From a virus, in IMG/VR virus record IMGVR_UViG_3300043496_000175, positions 1 to 64,000 of that record: 64,000 nucleotides of DNA; one strand, given 5' to 3'. Below the pieces are notes generated by a model. It was not told where the DNA came from, made no database searches, and saw nothing but the letters and a program-made list of their open reading frames with translations. The position numbers and the translations under genes are program-made. Below, in pieces: positions 9,510 to 17,856 of this stretch (position 1 is the first letter of the stretch; each line of letters starts with the position of its first letter).

Positions 9510-10100
9510 CTAGTTGGCGCGTCCCCGGACCTGAATCCAAGTAACTGCCTGCATCATGCTGGGGGAGGTACCCGCAATCTCAGCGGCGCGAATATAGGCG
9601 TTCTCGATTGCTTCATAACGCCTGCCAGAAGGCGCAACCTCAACGCCATTCGCGTCACGCTTGACGTTGGCACCCTCTGCCGCGCGTGCCGCCCAGACAT
9701 CGACGGTCGCGCATGACATGTCCCCCAAGATGTTCCGGTAGAAACGCGCGATCTTCGGTCCCTTAAGGGCATCGGCAGGAGTCTGCTCACCCGTCGCGAT
9801 TGCCCACGCAATACGACGCATGGTCGTTGTGTGCACCGCCGGGCATTCCTGCCCGTACCGTGCCGCGTGCACTACGGCATACGCCCAACGGACGTTAGTG
9901 ATCCACTGGCAGCGGGGTGACAGTGCAGCGATCACGCCCGCCGCGATGTCCGGCCGTTCTGGCCATATCGCGGCGGCGGCATCCTGTGCTGCCGCGTACC
10001 ACGTTGACCCTGCGGCAAGGGTGGCGGGTGACGCGGAGCGGTAATGCTTCAGGATGCGGCGAACCTGCTGAGTGTCTGCGGTGACCGGCTTACGTGCCAT
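9510..10100 (-). CDS. DUF7178-like phage protein (possible HhH-GPD/glycosylase-like fold)
   Basis: WY..A, AALSPR..W..N, GPK..F..NI, TVDVWA, QAVTW motifs. Confidence 0.6.
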   Translation of the reverse strand: MARKPVTADTQQVRRILKHYRSASPATLAAGSTWYAAAQDAAAAIWPERPDIAAGVIAALSPRCQWITNVRWAYAVVHAARYGQECPAVHTTTMRRIAWAIATGEQTPADALKGPKIARFYRNILGDMSCATVDVWAARAAEGANVKRDANGVEVAPSGRRYEAIENAYIRAAEIAGTSPSMMQAVTWIQVRGRAN

Positions 10101-10196
10101 GGTGGCGGCTCCCTTGCTAGTGGTGAACGGGTGACTAGGTCCAAGCTAACGCATGGTTCGGCAGTGTGCAAGTCCTATCGTGCTGTGTGCCGCGCC

Positions 10197-10323
10197 ATGC
10201 GCGCGTTGCACGCGCGCACATGTGCGCGTGCACGGGCACCCGGGTGCACGCGCCCGGGTGCACCCGTGCGAGTGCGTGCCCGCTGGCGCGGGCACGCGCG
10301 AGCGAATGCGCGCACGCGCGCAT
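10197..10323. repeat. nested palindrome/hairpin cluster of alternating purine-pyrimidine sequence
   Basis: Outer 10-bp IR 10197-10206/10314-10323; internal palindromes 10213-10228, 10236-10247, 10255-10266; 10-bp hairpin 10274-10297. Confidence 0.85.
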
Positions 10324-10438
10324 CCTTATTGCACCGCGTCCTGTCAGATACACAGCCAAAATCCGTTTGACACACTACCCAAAAATCCGTCAGTTGATCT
10401 GCTTGCAATACACCCGCGCACCTGTCAGACTAGACAAC

Positions 10439-10798
10439 ATGTCCACACCCCAGGAAACAGACCCACTCACCGTCCAAGTCCAGGCGATCCGCAACCAGGC
10501 CCGTTACGAGCTGGAGGTAGCCCGCGACCAGTTGGCGCTGGCCCGCAGCTCGCTCGGCACGCCCACGCTCGCCGCCCAAACCCAGGAAGACCTCACCCGC
10601 GTTGCCCGCAACATCCACGCGGCCAAGGTCTTTACGGCCACCGAGATAGCCGAGATCCTGCACCTGTCCAGATCCCGCGTCTACCAGATCCTGGCTCCCG
10701 CAACCTTTACCGTGCGGGCCCCGGAGGACACATCACCGCCGCCGCCGCCGCCTGCTCCTTCTCCCGCCGAGACCCGCCTACCGGAAACGGACGTCTAA
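10439..10798 (+). CDS. HTH DNA-binding protein
   Basis: FTATEIAEILHLSRSRVYQIL HTH; leaderless promoter TTGCAA-N17-CAGACT-N7-ATG. Confidence 0.75.
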   Translation: MSTPQETDPLTVQVQAIRNQARYELEVARDQLALARSSLGTPTLAAQTQEDLTRVARNIHAAKVFTATEIAEILHLSRSRVYQILAPATFTVRAPEDTSPPPPPPAPSPAETRLPETDV

Positions 10799-10803
10799 CC
10801 CCT

Positions 10804-11019
10804 ATGACCGCTGTGCTGTGTTGCAATGCCGTTGTCTGGCCGCGCAACAACCGCTGCGAGGAGATCTTCCTCATCCTGCCCACCGAAACCCCCGCCGATG
10901 CCCGAGTCCGGGCGCATCAGAGGGGCTGGAGACAGCGGACCTCATCCGCGCAAACCCCACGTCTGCCGGTGCTGGACCGGTGCCCGCTCCACGCCGCCGC
11001 CCGTTTGAAGGAATCCTGA
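10804..11019 (+). CDS. small Zn-binding protein (C..C..GW..CP.H)
   Basis: LCCN...C...RGW...DRCPLH; coupled to next gene. Confidence 0.55.
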   Translation: MTAVLCCNAVVWPRNNRCEEIFLILPTETPADARVRAHQRGWRQRTSSAQTPRLPVLDRCPLHAAARLKES

Positions 11020-11237
11020 TGCCGAACCCATTCCTGCCCGCCTACCCCGGAGACCCCTCCTACACCGCTCAGGACACGGCGGACGCGATCAGCGCGCTGG
11101 CCTACGCCCAGGAAACCGCCAACCTGATTTCTCTGCTGCAGCTTGCGACTAACACCCACTCCACGCATGCACTGCCCAAGGACCAGATCCTCGCGATCAC
11201 CAAGGCCATCTCCGCAAGAGCCGAGGTGCAGTTCTGA
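11019..11237 (+). CDS. hypothetical protein
   Basis: TGATG coupling, AAGGA RBS. Confidence 0.6.
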   Translation: MPNPFLPAYPGDPSYTAQDTADAISALAYAQETANLISLLQLATNTHSTHALPKDQILAITKAISARAEVQF

Positions 11238-11464
11238 TGCCCGCCTCCACCAACCCACACGCCGCCAAAGCCCAGCACTCAAACCGCAGCACCAGCAACC
11301 CCCAGGAAGCTCTGCTGCAGGCCGTCCTGGCCGTTGCTTACGAGCTGCGCACCCAGAACCTTCTGAAGGCGGAAGAGATATGGGCCCGCCAGTATCACCC
11401 CGCCCTTGCCGAAGGCTTCTTCGACTCCATCCGCAAGATCCAGCAAGAAAGGCTCTCCGACTAA
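11237..11464 (+). CDS. hypothetical protein
   Basis: TGATG coupling, GAGG RBS. Confidence 0.6.
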   Translation: MPASTNPHAAKAQHSNRSTSNPQEALLQAVLAVAYELRTQNLLKAEEIWARQYHPALAEGFFDSIRKIQQERLSD

Positions 11465-11904
11465 TGCCCACCATCTCCCAGACCCCGTACACCTCCCCCT
11501 ACCCGGCCACGATCATCCAGCTCTCCCACGCAGAGCGTTTCCCGGCCCCCGGGAAACTCAACCGGGGCAAGACAATCACGACGATCACCATCACCCCGCC
11601 GTACTGGTCCCCACCCAGCCCCATCGACCAGCACCAGGACATCATCGAGCCCGCGTCCTTCCGGCTGCAGGGACACACCGCATCCGGCAGGCATTACGAG
11701 GACCCCGACATGTACCTGCTAGGCGATATCCCGCACGCCCTGCCGCCCCAGCTCCAAGGGCTTGTCTCCCAGCAGCTTGTCCGGTACATAGCGGAGCCGC
11801 CGCCCCGGCTGTCCCCGCACGCAGCGCACGGTCTTACGCCGCCGCCGCGCTCCCAGACGCTGCTGCAGCGGCTGCTCCCCTCAAAGAAAGCCCGAGGTCT
11901 CTGA
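11464..11904 (+). CDS. hypothetical protein
   Basis: TAATG coupling, GAAAGG RBS. Confidence 0.6.
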   Translation: MPTISQTPYTSPYPATIIQLSHAERFPAPGKLNRGKTITTITITPPYWSPPSPIDQHQDIIEPASFRLQGHTASGRHYEDPDMYLLGDIPHALPPQLQGLVSQQLVRYIAEPPPRLSPHAAHGLTPPPRSQTLLQRLLPSKKARGL

Positions 11905-11906
11905 CC

Positions 11907-12119
11907 ATGCCCACCGAAGCCGCCGACTACGGCCTGTACTTCCGGGACCTGACCGATCACTGGACGGGCAAACCCCTGTCCAAGGAGCGGCGGGAGGGGA
12001 TCCACTGGGGGTATTCCCTTACCGAAGCGTTGCAGCACGTCTCCGAGAGCCCGGACGTCCTGCTGTTCCGCAAGAGTCCCCAAGGACGGGTCTCACGGTC
12101 CTACCGGTGGCCGCGATGA
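11907..12119 (+). CDS. hypothetical protein
   Basis: GAGG RBS; operon context. Confidence 0.55.
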   Translation: MPTEAADYGLYFRDLTDHWTGKPLSKERREGIHWGYSLTEALQHVSESPDVLLFRKSPQGRVSRSYRWPR

Positions 12120-12400
12120 TCACGATCTCCGAAGCCATCCGCACGAGTCCCGATCAGCGGATGGAGACTATTGCTCCCGGACCTACCTGGTACCGGTGGG
12201 AGGGTTTCTACACCTTCCCGCCGGACGGGCAGGGAGCTATCTCCAGCACCGGGTTCATTGACCTTTCCGAGGCCGACGCGCAACTTGAACGCCTCCAGGA
12301 GGAGGAGCGTGCTGCACATCCTGACGTGGAGTTCCATTCCTGGACGTTGATCAAGTTGACGCCCGTGACGATCCTGACAATCGAAAGGCAGCAGCGGTGA
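12116..12400 (+). CDS. hypothetical protein
   Basis: ATGA coupling. Confidence 0.55.
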   Translation: MITISEAIRTSPDQRMETIAPGPTWYRWEGFYTFPPDGQGAISSTGFIDLSEADAQLERLQEEERAAHPDVEFHSWTLIKLTPVTILTIERQQR

Positions 12401-12795
12401 CCGCCGCCGAGAACATCCGCGCCTACCTCACGGCCCGCCGCAACGGCGGGATAACGGCACCGGTTGTTGCGTTTGTGACCGATCCGGCCAGCCCTGAGGA
12501 GCATCTCCGGTTTGTGGAGTTGCGGGAGGTGGACCTGGAGGTGGTGCTGCAGATCCTGGATCTGCTCGCCGGGGTAGGCGTCCGCGAGACACCGGCCGAG
12601 ATCACCACTCATGAGCAGGTCTTCGACCTCCCGGAGTACACGGTGCTGCAGGACAGCACCGGGCAGGTCTGGCAGCGGTACTCCGCAGACCCTGCAGAGG
12701 GCGGTCCGTGGGAGACCATGAACGATTCCCGCACCTTCTCTCATCACGCCATCCAACTACCCGCCCGAGAGCTAGTCCCCAGGGAGAACACATGA
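12397..12795 (+). CDS. hypothetical protein
   Basis: GTGA coupling, GAAAGG RBS. Confidence 0.6.
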   Translation: MTAAENIRAYLTARRNGGITAPVVAFVTDPASPEEHLRFVELREVDLEVVLQILDLLAGVGVRETPAEITTHEQVFDLPEYTVLQDSTGQVWQRYSADPAEGGPWETMNDSRTFSHHAIQLPARELVPRENT

Positions 12796-14435
12796 AAGCC
12801 GCCAAGCGGATCCGCGCCTATCTAGACGAGATGAATGCTGCAGGTGTTCTTGCACAGAAAGTGTGCGGGTGGCAGAACCCGATTACCCGCGATGACCTGG
12901 AGGCCGTCCTCGCCCGCCTTGACGGCATCAAGGATCTCCGTCGCCAGGTGCAGAAGACTCAGACCATGCGGACCGAGCTTGCCGCCGCTCTCCGCCATAC
13001 AACTCCCGCCCCGTTCATCCCCCGCTGGCGGGACCTGCTCGCCGCTGTCCGGGGCCTGCATTCCCAGTCCGAGCAGCACCGGACGGACGCCCGCACGGCG
13101 AACCACCTGTTAGAGCAGGAGCAGGCGGAACGTGCCCGCCTTGCCAGCCAGCTTGCCGCCGTCGAGCAGAAGCTGCAGCAGGAAAAGGAAGCGCATATCC
13201 GGACGTTGCAGGAGAACGGGCGGCTGAACGCAGCGTATGACGCGCAGCGCAAGCACGACACCCTGCGCCAGGCCCTGCGGGAGGTCACCGAAGCCGTCCT
13301 GCCCGCGTACAAGGGCTGGGGCCCGGGGCAGCAGTTGTCTGCGTTGCAGAGTGCGGTAGAAGTTGAGCGCGAGCAGAACCGGACCTTTGCGCGGATGCTG
13401 GACAGCACCTTTGCCGCGATCAAGAATCTGTACAGCGACATCGGGGGCAACAACCCCGGCATCTTGCCGATCAACGACGGACCGGGGCAGGTGCAGTGGC
13501 TGCAGGCCCGCGTCCGGGAATACGCCAGCGAGCAGGTTGCGGGTGCAAACGCTCAGGTGCGGAGCAGTCTGCAGGAGCTGGAGGCGGGCATTCGGAGCGT
13601 CTTTAACCAGCAGTTCCCGAACGGAACCGCGATTCTCGAACCGCGCCAGCAGCTCGAAGAGATCCGGGGTGCGTTGGGACGTATCCGGCTCAGCGGGTAC
13701 AACGCTGAGCTGGAGAAGTTGCGGGACCTGCAGACCAGAATCCGCCAGGGGTACTACAGCTATTTCGGGTACCCCGAGGATCAACCGGCCGCCGGGATGA
13801 AGGCCGACAACTCTCTCGCCATGCTGCAGGTGCTCATTACGAATCTGCTGCAAGCAGCGGACGGGCACCGGCAGCTCGACGCCGAGCTGGCCGCGCAGAA
13901 GAACGAGACCGCCAGCGCCCGCGCGCTTGCGCAGCGGCAGATCCGCCGGGCGGAGCGTGCTGAAGCGGGGCGGAGTGAGCTGCGGGGCAGGATCGCCGGG
14001 ATCTGCCAGCAGCATGCGGGCAGGTACCCGGACGGTAATGCTGCGGAGCAGCTTGACCGGATACAAACCTGGCTCAAGGAAGCACCCGCCAGTAGCGACA
14101 GCCCCGGCGTCCAGGAGATTTCCACCGCGCGGGAGTACCAGATGACTCACCATCCGGAGACCGCTACCGGTCTCACGGAGCGCCGGGAGCGGCGGGAGAA
14201 GTTGCAGTCTGCAGCTCTTGCTTTGCTCACCGGCGGGTACAACTTGTACCCGTTCGGGACGAGTTCCTGGAACGGGATTCACCGTAACGGTGGACGCCGG
14301 GCGCAGCTCGCGCATGCCGGTGCGTGCATCGCGGCGTTGCTGGACCTGATGCCGTCCGGGGTTGCGCCGCTGGACACCGAGGGAGCGGTGTACGGGGACG
14401 GTCCGGAGTTGCCTGAGTACCGGGACATGCAGTGA
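12792..14435 (+). CDS. large coiled-coil phage protein
   Basis: 547 aa, heptad-rich; C-terminal LQSAALALL..YPF..W..RRAQLAHAGACIAALLD resembles a common small phage domain. Confidence 0.75.
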   Translation: MKAAKRIRAYLDEMNAAGVLAQKVCGWQNPITRDDLEAVLARLDGIKDLRRQVQKTQTMRTELAAALRHTTPAPFIPRWRDLLAAVRGLHSQSEQHRTDARTANHLLEQEQAERARLASQLAAVEQKLQQEKEAHIRTLQENGRLNAAYDAQRKHDTLRQALREVTEAVLPAYKGWGPGQQLSALQSAVEVEREQNRTFARMLDSTFAAIKNLYSDIGGNNPGILPINDGPGQVQWLQARVREYASEQVAGANAQVRSSLQELEAGIRSVFNQQFPNGTAILEPRQQLEEIRGALGRIRLSGYNAELEKLRDLQTRIRQGYYSYFGYPEDQPAAGMKADNSLAMLQVLITNLLQAADGHRQLDAELAAQKNETASARALAQRQIRRAERAEAGRSELRGRIAGICQQHAGRYPDGNAAEQLDRIQTWLKEAPASSDSPGVQEISTAREYQMTHHPETATGLTERRERREKLQSAALALLTGGYNLYPFGTSSWNGIHRNGGRRAQLAHAGACIAALLDLMPSGVAPLDTEGAVYGDGPELPEYRDMQ

Positions 14436-14593
14436 GCAGCAAACCCCAGTGCCGGGCTAAGACCAGGTATCCGGACCGGGCTTCAGCGGAAGTAGCTGCG
14501 GCAGATACACGAGCCAAGGACCCCACCGTGACCGATGTTCAGGTGATCCAGTGCACCAAGTGCCCCCGGTTTCACTTGCGGGTGTCCCGGTGA
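14432..14593 (+). CDS. small Zn-finger protein (C..K.RY..A..CTKC..FHL)
   Basis: Translated by hand; GTGA overlaps at both ends. Confidence 0.6.
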   Translation: MSSKPQCRAKTRYPDRASAEVAAADTRAKDPTVTDVQVIQCTKCPRFHLRVSR

Positions 14594-15084
14594 AGCGCGC
14601 TGCTCTGCTCCTGCTGCTAGCACTCACCGCGTGCGGTGCTCCGCTGGCGGAAGAACAACCCGCGCCCGCTACGCCTACCTCCGCCGCTCTGGCCGGGAAG
14701 TCCGCTCCGGTTTTGAACGTGCACGACGGCGATACGTTCACCATCCCCGAGGGGCCCGTCCGTGTTTTGGGGATCAACACCCCGGAGATCTCCGGCCCGG
14801 CGGAGTGCTACGGGCAGGAGGCGACCGCCGCTGCGCGGGACCTGCTTACTGACTCCATGGTGATCCTCACCCCGGATCCCGAGCAGGGAGACAAGGACCG
14901 CTACGGACGCCTGCTCCGCTACACAACCACGGACAGCGGCGAAGACCTCGCCGCATACTTGCTCAGATACGGGTACGCCCGGGTCTACGAGGAATACCCG
15001 GTAGCCCGGACCCCCGAGTACCGGGAGATTCAAGCAAAGGCCCGCGCGGAGATGCGCGGCGGATGGAAGGACTGCTCATGGTGA
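14590..15084 (+). CDS. lipoprotein thermonuclease (staphylococcal nuclease family)
   Basis: Lipobox LTAC; VHDGDT, VRVLGINTPE, DKDRYGRLLRY, GYARVY motifs. Confidence 0.9.
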   Translation: MKRAALLLLLALTACGAPLAEEQPAPATPTSAALAGKSAPVLNVHDGDTFTIPEGPVRVLGINTPEISGPAECYGQEATAAARDLLTDSMVILTPDPEQGDKDRYGRLLRYTTTDSGEDLAAYLLRYGYARVYEEYPVARTPEYREIQAKARAEMRGGWKDCSW

Positions 15085-15374
15085 TCGCACTGCTGTTGCT
15101 GGCCGTTTACGTCGCGGTAGTTGTTGTCTCCGGGCGGTTGCACCGCATCCGTCTGGGGAAGGGCGGGTACATCCCGCTGATGCTCGCGCTCATGCTTGCG
15201 TCCTTTGTGTTGGGCGCGTTGAGCCCGCTGTTGTGGGCGGCGGCAAGCCTGGGTCTTCTTATCTTCGCGGGCATGGACCTGGCGGTGGAGTTGCGCCGCC
15301 GCAATGAGCAACTAGAGCGCGTGGGAGCACCCACGGGACCTAAGGGATGGAGGACGGATCATGCTGCTCCCTGA
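15078..15374 (+). CDS. membrane protein
   Basis: Three hydrophobic segments. Confidence 0.65.
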   Translation: MVIALLLLAVYVAVVVVSGRLHRIRLGKGGYIPLMLALMLASFVLGALSPLLWAAASLGLLIFAGMDLAVELRRRNEQLERVGAPTGPKGWRTDHAAP

Positions 15375-15612
15375 GTACCGGGACCTGTTGAACCGGGCCT
15401 TAGCTCTGCCCGCGCTGGAGGACGATCCGGAGACCGACGTCGTGCTTTTTACGACGGCGGCAGGCTACCCCGAGCAGGGATGGATCCGCTCTGATGTCCG
15501 CAGATTCCTCGGGGAACTGCGGTATCTGTGGGAGCTGGGAAGCGCCAAAGACCAGGAGCAGTTTGCGCGGTACGTCAGCAACATCGCGGCGGGCAGGCTC
15601 GCCGGTGATTGA
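15361..15612 (+). CDS. hypothetical protein
   Basis: GGAGG RBS. Confidence 0.6.
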   Translation: MLLPEYRDLLNRALALPALEDDPETDVVLFTTAAGYPEQGWIRSDVRRFLGELRYLWELGSAKDQEQFARYVSNIAAGRLAGD

Positions 15613-15739
15613 CGCCGAATGCCCCTGGTGCCGCGCCCAGGGACCGCACTCCGTGACCGATGACCACGAGACTTCCGTAGACGCGGTCTGCGATGACTGC
15701 GGGCAACCGTTCATTGTCCAGATAGGAGAAAGATGCTGA
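15605..15739 (+). CDS. Zn-ribbon protein
   Basis: CPWC...CDDC. Confidence 0.55.
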   Translation: MIDAECPWCRAQGPHSVTDDHETSVDAVCDDCGQPFIVQIGERC

Positions 15740-15960
15740 CGTCCCGAGAAGCCCAGACCATCCTGCCGGGGGACCTGCTGCCGTCCGTGCAGGACGCCCA
15801 GGACGTGCATTCCGGGCAGGTGCTCACCGCGCCGGAACGCACCAACAGCACTTACAACGAGGTCAGGTTCCTGCTGCGTTGCACCACGCACGCCGACGAC
15901 GAGGAGGAGGTGCGGGTGCCCGCGCACAAGCTGATAGCGGTGGAGCGGTTCATTGCCTAG
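15733..15960 (+). CDS. hypothetical protein
   Basis: AGGAG RBS. Confidence 0.55.
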   Translation: MLTSREAQTILPGDLLPSVQDAQDVHSGQVLTAPERTNSTYNEVRFLLRCTTHADDEEEVRVPAHKLIAVERFIA

Positions 15961-16135
15961 CCCGGTGCAACTGCTCAGCCGCCTAGCCAGTTTTGATCCG
16001 GAGGACGGCACCATGACCGTGCACTTCACGCTGCAGTGTGGCCCTGCTCTTGCACACCTGAGCATCCACCTTGACCCTGCGTTGCGGAGCGTTGAGTTCT
16101 GTCCGCCGATCTACTCCCTGGAGGACGAGCAGTGA
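15953..16135 (+). CDS. hypothetical protein
   Basis: Operon context. Confidence 0.45.
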   Translation: MPSPVQLLSRLASFDPEDGTMTVHFTLQCGPALAHLSIHLDPALRSVEFCPPIYSLEDEQ

Positions 16136-16497
16136 CGTATCAGAGCATGACCTCAAGCGACATCGATGAGGCCTGGCTTTGCAGCCAGGACGGTGTCCTG
16201 GTGTATGACCACGCACAGCACAGCGTGTGGCATGAATACCTGGAGAGCAGGTTGCAGGGCAAGCCTGCAGACCTGGAGGAGGACGTGGACATTGAGCGGG
16301 AGCTGGCCATCACGAGGCAAGAACTCTCCGATGCGGACGTCACCGCCCAGGGCGTCTCAGAGCGCGCAGCGGCGGCGGTCCGGTACGCGGAAGTGGCCAG
16401 AACCTACTTCAAGGACCTGGTTGTGTCCCCCGGGGAGCGGCAGGCGATGATGCTTGAACTCAAGGCAGCGTCCAGCTTGTGGGAGCGGGTTCGGTAG
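16132..16497 (+). CDS. hypothetical protein
   Basis: GGAGG RBS, GTGA coupling. Confidence 0.6.
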   Translation: MTYQSMTSSDIDEAWLCSQDGVLVYDHAQHSVWHEYLESRLQGKPADLEEDVDIERELAITRQELSDADVTAQGVSERAAAAVRYAEVARTYFKDLVVSPGERQAMMLELKAASSLWERVR

Positions 16498-16715
16498 TGG
16501 CGAGTAAGTACCTGTCCTACTTCCGGATGGTTGACCAGTACGGAGTGCTGCACCTGGCCCGAGCACAGGACTGGGCGGGCACGTATTTGTGCGGAGACAC
16601 ACCGGAAGGGAACCTCCCCACGGATGCAGCGGAACCGGTGTATGTGCCGGGGAAGTTGAACCCGGACTATGACCGGATCTGCCCTACCTGCAACCGGGTA
16701 GCGTTCCCGGAATAG
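16497..16715 (+). CDS. hypothetical Zn-binding protein
   Basis: H..YLCG..ICPTC pattern, similar in style to 658-873. Confidence 0.55.
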   Translation: MASKYLSYFRMVDQYGVLHLARAQDWAGTYLCGDTPEGNLPTDAAEPVYVPGKLNPDYDRICPTCNRVAFPE

Positions 16716-16716
16716 C

Positions 16717-16745
16717 AAAGGCCCCGCCTACCGGCGGGGCCTTTT
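16717..16745. terminator. bidirectional intrinsic terminator
   Basis: AAAGGCCCCGCC-TACC-GGCGGGGCCTTTT between convergent genes. Confidence 0.85.
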
Positions 16746-16764
16746 GCGTGCGGGAGGCGGCGAA

Positions 16765-16932
16765 CTACAGGCGCGTAGAACGGCCTCTCAGGATCTGCAG
16801 GCCCAGCAGGACAGCGGCGACCACGATGAGCACGATGCCCAACCACAGCAACCACGTAGCGGCGGTTCCGGCCACCCCGAAGGCGATCAGGATGATGGCA
16901 ACTACCGCGATGATCACGCCAAGAATTAGCAT
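16765..16932 (-). CDS. 55-aa two-TM membrane protein
   Basis: MLILGVIIAVVAIILIAFGVAGTAATWLLWLGIVLIVVAAVLLGLQILRGRSTRL; leaderless TAGAAT-N6-ATG; not in ORF track. Confidence 0.7.
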   Translation of the reverse strand: MLILGVIIAVVAIILIAFGVAGTAATWLLWLGIVLIVVAAVLLGLQILRGRSTRL

Positions 16933-16941
16933 GCGCCGATT

Positions 16942-17106
16942 CTACGTCTGCGCCGGAACGCGGACCAGTCCGAGCGCTTCCAGCTCATCGAGCAGAGCGG
17001 CCACGGCCCAGTGTTCCGGTTCCGGCTCGCCCATCTGAGCGGCTTCCACGAGGGCCTTTGCCTGGGCCCGGACCAGGTAGGTGATGAGTGCGTCACGGTT
17101 CTTCAT
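16942..17106 (-). CDS. hypothetical protein
   Basis: ATGA-coupled to HNH gene. Confidence 0.55.
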   Translation of the reverse strand: MKNRDALITYLVRAQAKALVEAAQMGEPEPEHWAVAALLDELEALGLVRVPAQT

Positions 17107-17405
17107 CTTGCCCCCAGCCAACGGTAGGTAGCTTGCCGAAGGGTACCCCGGAACGTGCGAGCGAAGCGGTGCACAGCCAGGTGACAATCCGAGCACAAAC
17201 ACATCAGATCCGCGTCCGGTTCCCGGCCGTGGAACGCCTGCGCGTATGAGAGGTGATGCGCGTGGTTGCGGCGGTCCTGCTTGCCGCATCCTGCGCAGAT
17301 CCAACCCCGGGACTCCCGGAAAGCGCGGCTGCGGGCGGCCCAGGTCTTCGTCCGGGCGTAGCGGTGAATCTTGCGCTGATACTTGCTTTTCTTCCGCAAC
17401 ACCAT
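17103..17405 (-). CDS. HNH endonuclease
   Basis: CAGCG..HAHHLSY..LMCLCSDCH..VH; GGAGG RBS. Confidence 0.8.
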   Translation of the reverse strand: MVLRKKSKYQRKIHRYARTKTWAARSRAFRESRGWICAGCGKQDRRNHAHHLSYAQAFHGREPDADLMCLCSDCHLAVHRFARTFRGTLRQATYRWLGAR

Positions 17406-17422
17406 GCCCTCCAGAAACACCA

Positions 17423-17460
17423 CAACCCCCGGACGCCATTCCGGGGGTTGCTTCCTGCCG
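17423..17460 (+). other. oriT: candidate oriT (inverted repeat plus MOBP-like nic motif)
   Basis: CAACCCCCGGA-CGCCAT-TCCGGGGGTTG immediately followed by CTTCCTGCCG; upstream of mobC. Confidence 0.5.
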
Positions 17461-17568
17461 CACGCGGCCAGGCCGAGGACCGAACCTCGGGGTGTGCGGG
17501 CCAGGTTACTACGAGGGGGTACAGCTGCGATATACCGATTGTGATGACGAACCTCTATACTATTGCGA

Positions 17569-17856
17569 ATGGTCAACAACGATCCCAAGCGCCACCGCCG
17601 GAAGAACGACCCCGGCGGCCGGTCCATCCTGTATCAAATCCGGTTGTCCGAATCAGAGCAGAAGGCCCTTCAGGCCAAGGCCAAGGAGGCAGGGATCACG
17701 GTCGCCGCGCTGCTGGTGACCAGCGCTTTGAAGGACAACCACGCGGTGGAACAGCAGATCCTCAGCTATGAAGCTGAAGCCTTGAGAAGGCAGTTGCAGC
17801 AGGGTAAATGGGAAGACGAGCTGGTGCTCGCCTTGTCTCGAAAGTTGAACCCGTGA
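17569..17856 (+). CDS. mobC: MobC-like ribbon-helix-helix relaxosome accessory protein
   Basis: RHRRKN..QIRLSESEQKALQAKAKEAGITVAALL; GTGA-coupled to relaxase; leaderless TATACT-N7-ATG. Confidence 0.8.
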   Translation: MVNNDPKRHRRKNDPGGRSILYQIRLSESEQKALQAKAKEAGITVAALLVTSALKDNHAVEQQILSYEAEALRRQLQQGKWEDELVLALSRKLNP

